Below, in pieces: positions 57,458 through 64,000 of a DNA stretch of 64,000 nucleotides. How positions within the stretch are numbered: position 1 is the first letter of the stretch; every line of letters starts with the position of its first letter. The position numbers and the translations under genes were made by a program. The stretch covers positions 9,105 to 73,104 of the forward strand of contig CALJVH010000024.1 of NCBI GenBank assembly GCA_937974645.1, written 5' to 3'. Origin of the DNA: an uncultured archaeon. GTDB lineage: Archaea; Thermoproteota; Nitrososphaeria_A; Caldarchaeales; Wolframiiraptoraceae. The notes below the pieces were generated by a model, which had not been told where the DNA came from, searched no databases, and worked only from the letters and a program-made list of their open reading frames with translations.

Positions 57458-59020
57458 GTGGCAGAAGATTTGAGTAACGAGGACTTTGAGGTAATAGTTG
57501 CTGAAGTCCCGAAGATCGAGATTGATATTTCCCGGGAAAAGCTCTTCTCCTTCATCAAGCTGGCCGAGGATCTTGGCTGGAATAAGGCGAGGATTAAGCG
57601 GTATATTAGCACGGCTCTAAGATTGAGGGAGCTCGAGAAGCGGTATGGGAAGAGCTATGTGGCCTTGGTTAAGAGCTACGAGAAGCTGGTGAGCGACGAG
57701 GTCAAGCTCAGGTACTCCATTGAGCAGCTTATGGAGAAGCGTAGGCAAATGGAAGAGGATTTCAACCTATACGTAGAGCAGTATAAGCTGACCCTAGAAG
57801 TAGTCCAGAATGTTGGGAGAATAGTGGAGGCTTTGAGGGCTAGGGGGCTTGATCTAAGCGATCTCGAAAACGCTCTAAGAGTCTTAAACTTCATGAGGGA
57901 ATCCGGCTACAATGTTAATGAGATTTTGGATAGGATGAAGAATATCAAGGGCTATGAGGCTTCAATTAAGGAGCTCGAGATGGTTATCGAAAATATGGGG
58001 AGAAGCTTAGAGGAGCTCGATAATGAGAGGAAAAGACTTCTCAAGGAGATAGAGGAGGTACACGGGATATCTGGAGAGCTGGAGGATCTGAAGAAAACCC
58101 GTGAGGTTCTTGAGGAGAGCATCAAGCAGGCTGAGGCAGAGCTCCATGAAAAATTTAGAAGATTGGAGGAGGCTAAATCTGAGCTCGAGATCTTATTCGG
58201 GTATAGGGTCTCGATCGAGGAGCTGCGCCGAAGGATCGAGGAGCTCGAATCCGAGGTAGAGAGGCTGAAAGCTGAGAGAGATTCGCTTCGGAATGAGGTG
58301 TCGCAGCTTCTTGGAACCCGTGCTGATGCCGATGAGATCAGGAAGAGGATGGAGGAGGAGCGGCAGAGGCTGGCAGCTCTCGAGAGGGAGGTTGAGGATA
58401 GGCAATCCTATCTCGAGATACTTGAGGGCGAGCTTGCGGCCGCCTACTCGGTACTCAAGTTCTTCACAGAGCCCGGGGGCATTGATGCTGAAGACCTCGA
58501 ACCATTAGTTACTCATCTCCAGAGGGCTCTGAAGATTAAGAGGGGCGAGCTCCCGGCCTTAAAGCCCCTTGAGACCCATATCCTAAATAAGGTTAGAGAA
58601 GATCTGGCCTCACTGATTATGCCATATGTTAGAGGTGAATTTATTCCTAAGAAGGCCTTCGATCAGCTTGAGAGGGAGGCTAAGAGATTGAAGGAGGAGA
58701 AGGAGGCGTTGGAGGAGGAGCTTAACTCTCTTAGAAAGCTCTTAGAGGCTAAGCCCGTGGCTGAGCAGCCAAAACCCTCGCTTGCGGCAGTTGCGCCGAG
58801 CGGCGAGGTCGTGGAGCTCAAGACCTTAGATCGGGGTAAGAGGTTTAGGATAAAGTGCCCCTCATGCGGCGAGGTTTCGGTAGTCATCTCGCCTGCGGCC
58901 GAAGAACTCGAAGAGCTTAGATTAAGAATGTGCAGGCTGAGGTTCACGTGCGGGTGCGGCAAATCCATTATGATACCTCCTGATGTCCTGCTGAGGAAGC
59001 TGGAGGCTGGTGGTGATTGA
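57458..59020 (+). CDS. Long coiled-coil protein with a C-terminal double Zn-ribbon-like module, function unknown
   Basis: 520 aa, mostly heptad-like E/K/L/R-rich sequence. The C-terminus is FRIKCPSCGEVSVV...CRLRFTCGCGKS. GTG start. Confidence 0.55.
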   Translation: MAEDLSNEDFEVIVAEVPKIEIDISREKLFSFIKLAEDLGWNKARIKRYISTALRLRELEKRYGKSYVALVKSYEKLVSDEVKLRYSIEQLMEKRRQMEEDFNLYVEQYKLTLEVVQNVGRIVEALRARGLDLSDLENALRVLNFMRESGYNVNEILDRMKNIKGYEASIKELEMVIENMGRSLEELDNERKRLLKEIEEVHGISGELEDLKKTREVLEESIKQAEAELHEKFRRLEEAKSELEILFGYRVSIEELRRRIEELESEVERLKAERDSLRNEVSQLLGTRADADEIRKRMEEERQRLAALEREVEDRQSYLEILEGELAAAYSVLKFFTEPGGIDAEDLEPLVTHLQRALKIKRGELPALKPLETHILNKVREDLASLIMPYVRGEFIPKKAFDQLEREAKRLKEEKEALEEELNSLRKLLEAKPVAEQPKPSLAAVAPSGEVVELKTLDRGKRFRIKCPSCGEVSVVISPAAEELEELRLRMCRLRFTCGCGKSIMIPPDVLLRKLEAGGD

Positions 59021-59415
59021 GCGGCCGGAGAGCGAATCCCATAATTATGATGCTGGCTTGGAGGGCTAAGAAGCTAAGGGTTGAGGATGTCGAGAAAATA
59101 TTGGCCGCGGTCGCCTCGATAGGCGAGGGATCTTTCACCCTAACCGACATCATCGAGAGGCTTCCGGATGAAGTTAAGGCGGATAGGAATAAGAGGAGGA
59201 GGGTTGGAAACCTGCTTCAAGCCTTAGTATCCATGGGCTATCTCTCAAAGCCCAGCGAGCGGAAGTGGGTGAAGAATGCGCCGACGCTAAGTCATTTCCT
59301 GAGCCAGCATCTCCTAGAGCTTTCATCTATCGAGATGCTCTCTCCGCGTCTTCCACCCGTTGGTGGAAGAGTGATCGGCCGCCGCCAGAGGCTCGACCAG
59401 GCATCCTCAGCATAA
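59017..59415 (+). CDS. Small winged-helix-like protein, function unknown
   Basis: 132 aa. LTDIIERLPDEVKADRNKRRRVGNLLQALVSMGYLSKP resembles a wHTH recognition helix plus wing. It overlaps the coiled-coil gene stop by 4 nt. Its 3' tail overlaps hjc by 89 nt, so the end and the start (ATG at 59047) are uncertain. Confidence 0.4.
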   Translation: MSGRRANPIIMMLAWRAKKLRVEDVEKILAAVASIGEGSFTLTDIIERLPDEVKADRNKRRRVGNLLQALVSMGYLSKPSERKWVKNAPTLSHFLSQHLLELSSIEMLSPRLPPVGGRVIGRRQRLDQASSA

Positions 59416-59809
59416 TCGACCCCCTCCAGTTTAACGGTATCTCAGCGAAGCTCCACTCCCTATTGAGGAATCTCGCGGCCATGATCGGCTTCGGCCCGAT
59501 CTCGGCCCCACAGTGCGGGCACCTCACGATGAATAGCTTGCAGAACTCGAGGAGCCTCTCGACCTGAGAACTATTCAAGATTACATATGGCTTGTTCGTC
59601 GACTTAACCTCGATCGCCAGCAGCTCGCCCGAGTCCACCGCGATCACATCGGGCTTCGGGAGCTTCCCCGAGCCGCTTCCAGGAGTTCTAACAGCGTACG
59701 TCCCCGGCTCGCCCCTATCGGCGAACATCCTCACGAGATAATATTCTCCCTCATAGCCCATCCTAGCCTTGTACCTCGGTGAGGAGGGATTTCTCGGCCT
59801 TCTCGGCAT
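59327..59809 (-). CDS. hjc: Holliday junction resolvase Hjc (archaeal nuclease fold) with an insertion and a C-terminal tail
   Basis: GYEGEYYLVRMFADRG...RTPGSGSGKLPKPDVIAV...LAIEVKST matches the Hjc E..D..EVK catalytic pattern. A CPHCG-containing insert is present. 160 aa. Confidence 0.7.
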   Translation of the reverse strand: MPRRPRNPSSPRYKARMGYEGEYYLVRMFADRGEPGTYAVRTPGSGSGKLPKPDVIAVDSGELLAIEVKSTNKPYVILNSSQVERLLEFCKLFIVRCPHCGAEIGPKPIMAARFLNREWSFAEIPLNWRGSIMLRMPGRASGGGRSLFHQRVEDAERASR

Positions 59810-59891
59810 GATTCCCAGCAGGTCCGGTTGAGCGGCACTATTATTATGGTTATCCTCTCAGCGCGTCATCAAGCTATACTCCGAGCATTCC

Positions 59892-61766
59892 TCAGAGCTC
59901 GAACTCGTATGTCCGGAACTCTCCTGACCTTCGCCATGAGGGGTAGAGCCTTGCCAGCGCCTCGCTCAACCCGAGCTCCATCAGCTTTTGCGGCGTCGGT
60001 ATGCCGTTCTCGTCCCAGCCTCTCAGCTCATAGTATGTTTTGAGGAGAGCATCGAACTTCTCCTTATCCAAGGTTATCCCCCTGGTCTCTCCTTCGGGCA
60101 CCGGGTCTTTGAAGTCTCTTGGTGGAAGGTTGTCATCCTTCGCGCTTACCCCCTTCTTGAGGAAGGCGATGACCCTAACGAGGTTCCAGACCCTCTCGGA
60201 ACACTTGAGAAGCTCCTCCAATGACGTTTCTTTGCCCGTAACGGCTGAGTAAGCCTCAGCATAAATGTTCGGATCTATCTTCAGCTCTACCCATGGCAGC
60301 CTGCACACCCCCAGCATGTCAAATAACGGCCTGATGTGCTGTAGGTATATCACCCTCTCAGCTTTATCGCGGCCATAGCTAGTCCGCCCAACCTCGACAT
60401 CATAGGTTATCGCCCAAGACCTGTTATGATGCGCCCCTATATCACATGTCGCATAGCTCAGGGCCATTGCCGTGGCAGCCCTATGATCATAGGCGCTTAT
60501 CTCAAGCCCCTTCACGTGCATTGCAAACTCCCCCGAGCCCCTTTTAACGTAGCTCGCAACCGCCTTAACGCCTTGGGCCAAGATACTACCAATTCCCCTC
60601 CGGTGAGCTATCATCTCTATCAGCTCATAGATCTTCTCGGCCTCACCCCATGATATTTCGAAGCCGAGTTCATCCCGCGCGATCAAGCCCCTCTGAAAGC
60701 ACTCAATCAAGAAGGCTATCACGGCCCCAGTACTTATAGTGTCGATCCCGTAGTAGTCACAGAGGTAATTCGCCTTCGCGACCTCTTGAAGCGTCTTCAG
60801 CCCTAAGTTGGAGCCGAGCATACCGAGGTTCTCATAGTCAACCACGACGAAGTCGTCATCAACTTTCAGCACGTGGCCGCATGGGATTATGCAGTTGGCA
60901 CAAGCCGAGACATAAGCCTGCGACTCATGAACCGCCCTGCCCGAGATCGCGTCAGCATACTCGTATACCGTTTTCTGGAAGTTGTATGTTGGGAGAGCCT
61001 CCACGCCATTCGCCCACTCGACAGTCATTGTTGTCCCATATTTCATCCAGCTATCGTAGGCTGGGCTCGCCTTAACCTCTTGAATGAGCCTCCTGTTTAC
61101 CTCTTTCAGCCTTTCCGGGTCCGCGATATCTATTGTTCCGCTTCCGCGGGCCACGATTGCCTTCAGGTTCTTGCTACCCATCACAGCCCCCATGCCGGTT
61201 CTCCCGGCCTGCGAGTGCCTCCGCTCCCTAATTCCCCAATCAACGTTTATCGAGGCGTACGCTACCATCTTCTCGCCAGCAACACCTATCGTCGCTATCG
61301 AGCAGTTTCCATACCTTTCCCGGAGCACGTGATCCGCGTCCTTGGAGCTCATCCCCCATAGGCTTGAATCTTCAACGATCTCCACGTCCCCATCATCTAC
61401 TAGCAGGTAGCTTGGCAAGCTCGCTCTATCTCGTATTATTAGGGCGTCGAAGCCCGCCCTTCTCATCATATAGCCGAAATATCCCCCAACGCTGCTGTCG
61501 CCGTAGATCCCGGTCTGGGGGCTGATCGCCGCGAAGCTCGTCTTACATCCGCCGAGGAAGCCCGTTCCCGCTAACGGTCCCGTGGCTACCACGAGAACAT
61601 TCGATGGATGGGTTCCATGAGTTATGCCGTTGAGGTTCTCGAAGATCAACTGCGCGCACCACCCCCTCCCTCCAATGAAGTCGCGCATAAGCCTCTCATC
61701 AGGATCGGAGACGCGCACTCTGCCCTCCCTTAGATCAACTTCCGCCATCCTGCCATAGCCGCGCAT
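59892..61766 (-). CDS. Aldehyde:ferredoxin oxidoreductase family tungstoenzyme, second paralog (FOR/WOR-like size)
   Basis: About 624 aa from the internal ATG (MRGYGRMAEVDL). 4Fe-4S motif CANCIIPC, plus AOR family motifs. The track ORF extends to 61793. Confidence 0.8.
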   Translation of the reverse strand: MRGYGRMAEVDLREGRVRVSDPDERLMRDFIGGRGWCAQLIFENLNGITHGTHPSNVLVVATGPLAGTGFLGGCKTSFAAISPQTGIYGDSSVGGYFGYMMRRAGFDALIIRDRASLPSYLLVDDGDVEIVEDSSLWGMSSKDADHVLRERYGNCSIATIGVAGEKMVAYASINVDWGIRERRHSQAGRTGMGAVMGSKNLKAIVARGSGTIDIADPERLKEVNRRLIQEVKASPAYDSWMKYGTTMTVEWANGVEALPTYNFQKTVYEYADAISGRAVHESQAYVSACANCIIPCGHVLKVDDDFVVVDYENLGMLGSNLGLKTLQEVAKANYLCDYYGIDTISTGAVIAFLIECFQRGLIARDELGFEISWGEAEKIYELIEMIAHRRGIGSILAQGVKAVASYVKRGSGEFAMHVKGLEISAYDHRAATAMALSYATCDIGAHHNRSWAITYDVEVGRTSYGRDKAERVIYLQHIRPLFDMLGVCRLPWVELKIDPNIYAEAYSAVTGKETSLEELLKCSERVWNLVRVIAFLKKGVSAKDDNLPPRDFKDPVPEGETRGITLDKEKFDALLKTYYELRGWDENGIPTPQKLMELGLSEALARLYPSWRRSGEFRTYEFEL

Positions 61767-61825
61767 CAAGCCTAAGGCTGGAAAATGATCCAATTAAAGG
61801 ATTTTGTAAAGCTACATTACTTAAC

Positions 61826-62116
61826 TTACTTCATTGGGCATCGGCAGGGCTTTGAGCCGCAGGCTGGGCATCCTGTTCCATATCTGGTCAGGAAAGCCTC
61901 CTCGAGATCTATTCCAGCTACATTGCAGAAGCTGAGAAGCCATGCAAGCAGATCGGCGACCTCGCACTCCAGCTCCCTCCTATCATTCTTCAGGAAGGCG
62001 TCAGCGACCTCTCCAGCCTCCGAGAGCGTCCAGAGTAGGGTCTTCTCAGCTCCCCTCTGCCTATCGCGGTCAAGGTAGGTCTCGGCCATAAGCCTTTGAA
62101 AATCCCTCAGCCTCAT
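61826..62116 (-). CDS. MazG-like nucleotide pyrophosphohydrolase (small, single domain) with a Cys-rich tail
   Basis: LSEAGEVADAF...ECEVADLLAWLLSFCNVAGIDLEEAF carries the MazG EExxE/D helices. The tail is GCPACGSKPCRC. 96 aa. Confidence 0.7.
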   Translation of the reverse strand: MRLRDFQRLMAETYLDRDRQRGAEKTLLWTLSEAGEVADAFLKNDRRELECEVADLLAWLLSFCNVAGIDLEEAFLTRYGTGCPACGSKPCRCPMK

Positions 62117-62197
62117 CTCAGCGCCCCAAGTGAAGGATGGCTCTCAAAATAGTTAGCTCTTTATTTCTCGTGGGACTTCAAGGCTAATTGCATTTCC

Positions 62198-63172
62198 CTA
62201 ACCTCTTGAGACTAGGACTGAAGGCGGGTTTGAGGCAAGGGCTATGGCGCCGTAGAGAACTATGTCGCCTCCAAGCGGGGTGATTCTGATTTCGGGAGTC
62301 CTATTCACGGTATACCTGCCGATATTCGCAAGTATTGGTTTGAGCACGAGTTCCTGGTTATTCAAAGCTATTGATCCTCCAACCGTGATCAGGTCAGGGT
62401 CATAAAGCGTGTTAACATTTGCGAAGCCTATCGCGTTTAATCTGCCTATCTCCTCGATGATTTCGAGAGCCTTCTCATCTCCGCTCCTCGCCAGATCGAA
62501 GAGCACCTCAGGAGTCAGCTCGCCCCCCTTCACGAGATCTTCGATGACGCTTCCCCGGAACTCGTTCGGCCTACTCTCGACCAGATGCTTAGTAAACTTC
62601 GGTATCCCCGCTCCGGAACTGTATGCCTCCCAATGTCCTCTGCCACCGCAGTTGCAGGTTAGTCTCTCTTCAAAATCTATCACCATATGCCCTATCTCGG
62701 CCGCGTTACCATCTTTTCCGAGGAGTAGAACTCCATCAACAATTGCTCCTCCGCCAACTCCCGAGCTGAGCGTAATATATGCAAGGTTCTTCAACCCCCT
62801 GCCGGCTCCAAAAAACCATTCGCCCAAAGCCGCGGCCGTGCAGTCGTTAAGCAGGTAGACGGGGACATTGAACCTTTCTTGTAGAGCCTCGGCTACCGGC
62901 ACATTCTTGAATGGCACGTTCGGGGGATTCAGTATCACACCCCCCCAGCAATCGAGGGGGCCGATCGAGCCTATGCCGATCGCGCGAACCTTACCCAAAT
63001 CATCCGCCGAGACCTTCTCAATCAAGTGGATAAACTGCTGGATAACTGTGTCGGGGGACTCTGCCTTAATCGTCCTATCCTCAATCCTTCTGAGAATGCC
63101 GAATTCAACGTTGCCCAGCGCGGCTCGGATGTTCGTCGCCCCGAGACCAACGCCTACAACAAACTCCGACAT
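62198..63172 (-). CDS. ROK family sugar kinase (glucokinase-like)
   Basis: VGVGLGATNIR at the N-terminus and the ROK Zn motif CNCGGRGHWE. 324 aa. Confidence 0.8.
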   Translation of the reverse strand: MSEFVVGVGLGATNIRAALGNVEFGILRRIEDRTIKAESPDTVIQQFIHLIEKVSADDLGKVRAIGIGSIGPLDCWGGVILNPPNVPFKNVPVAEALQERFNVPVYLLNDCTAAALGEWFFGAGRGLKNLAYITLSSGVGGGAIVDGVLLLGKDGNAAEIGHMVIDFEERLTCNCGGRGHWEAYSSGAGIPKFTKHLVESRPNEFRGSVIEDLVKGGELTPEVLFDLARSGDEKALEIIEEIGRLNAIGFANVNTLYDPDLITVGGSIALNNQELVLKPILANIGRYTVNRTPEIRITPLGGDIVLYGAIALASNPPSVLVSRG

Positions 63173-63254
63173 GCACGAAATCAGGAGTCAGCCTGGTGAC
63201 CTTAAACTCTTACGCTCTGCTAGAATCTTCTTATAAGGGCGTAAATAAGCTATT

Positions 63255-63659
63255 TTGAGTTTGAAAAGAAGCTATCGTGAGTTGAGGAATACTGTGGCTA
63301 AGCTTCTCGAGGTTAAGAGTATTAGGAGACTTGATGTTGATGAGTATCTCCGCGGGATTCAAAAGCTTTCTGACGAAGCAATCTCCAGTGAGAGGGCAGA
63401 ATATGCCGCCAAGATCTTCTCCGCGCTGGCGGATCCCGTTAGGATTAGGATTCTGAGGTTGCTTGAGAAGGAAAGCCTATGCGTCTGCGAGCTTATGATT
63501 GCTCTCCGGCTAAGGCAACCGCTCGTATCATATCATCTCAAGGTATTGAGGGAGAGTGGGCTAGTCAAGCCCATCAAGAAGGGAAGGTGGATCTTCTACG
63601 GGATAGCCGATAAAAAGTTGGTGAAACTCGTCTCCAAAATCACAGAATTCGCGGAATAG
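63255..63659 (+). CDS. ArsR/SmtB family transcriptional regulator
   Basis: LADPVRIRILRLLEKESLCVCELMIALRLRQPLVSYHLKVLRESGLV. 134 aa. Divergent from the ROK kinase gene. Confidence 0.8.
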   Translation: MSLKRSYRELRNTVAKLLEVKSIRRLDVDEYLRGIQKLSDEAISSERAEYAAKIFSALADPVRIRILRLLEKESLCVCELMIALRLRQPLVSYHLKVLRESGLVKPIKKGRWIFYGIADKKLVKLVSKITEFAE

Positions 63660-63864
63660 AAGACTGAATTAGAATTTGGCATAACTCTAATGGTATAGAC
63701 TCCTCATCTTTGGTAGCATTCGGGAGTAGATCATCGTAATTGGAGCCTGAATTGCTGAAACCAAGGCGAGTACGATCGCTTTCACCTCCTTCATGGACTT
63801 GGCAAGCTTTTCCACTTGAAGCTGTATCATCAATGGGTAGATCTTCAATATTGCCATTCGCCAT
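63640..63864 (-). CDS. Hypothetical small acidic protein (weak call)
   Basis: A 74-aa ORF whose ATG is preceded by GAGGAGGT about 12 nt upstream. No recognisable motif, and it overlaps the arsR 3' end by 20 nt. Confidence 0.25.
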   Translation of the reverse strand: MANGNIEDLPIDDTASSGKACQVHEGGESDRTRLGFSNSGSNYDDLLPNATKDEESIPLELCQILIQSSIPRIL

Positions 63865-64000
63865 AATCAGATCCTTAACCTCCTCGGGATGTGATTGTAA
63901 AAAGCCGTTAAACAGGTATCATGTAACCAAACCTGTGAGTAGAGCCGCACCGTGCATAGCAGTAAGTTTTCCCTCACATATGAGGAAATAATTGTGATGC

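Overview
This is an archaeal chromosome segment, probably from a thermophilic TACK- or Korarchaeota-like organism. That lineage guess rests only on gene content: aIF2-gamma, Rpo7, Spt4, RpoP, L7Ae, L24e, S28e, L34e, L14e, Cbf5, class I LysRS, Hjc, RtcB, tungsten AOR enzymes and an intron-containing tRNA. I support about 75 features. Dense, GC-rich core genes (roughly 52-58 percent GC by eye) lie at 1-24.7 kb and 42.5-64 kb. They flank a lower-GC accessory stretch at about 24.8-42.5 kb. The accessory stretch holds five things worth attention. (1) A DsrE-like, TusA and hemerythrin trio. (2) A tightly coupled five-gene operon: ThrC-like PLP enzyme, GG-terminated ubiquitin-like sulfur carrier, E1-like enzyme with an unusual C-terminal domain, PurM-superfamily enzyme and ThiN-like protein. 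(3) A divergent pair of ParB/Srx-fold paralogs, one free with an intact DGHHR motif and one degenerate and fused to a CysK-type enzyme. (4) tRNA-Ser(GGA) with an intron, surrounded by decayed gene remnants. (5) A roughly 7 kb AT-rich island carrying an overlapping MacB-type ABC / CARDB-repeat / FtsX / membrane coiled-coil operon, with a convergent membrane-tethered wHTH regulator. Elsewhere there is a tungsten/molybdenum cofactor cluster with a second E1/MoaD pair, an SSB / coiled-coil Zn-ribbon / wHTH / Hjc neighbourhood, and a methyltransferase gene apparently split at an A6 tract. I saw no CRISPR array, rRNA, integrase or transposase. All family calls come from motif recognition by eye, with no database search.
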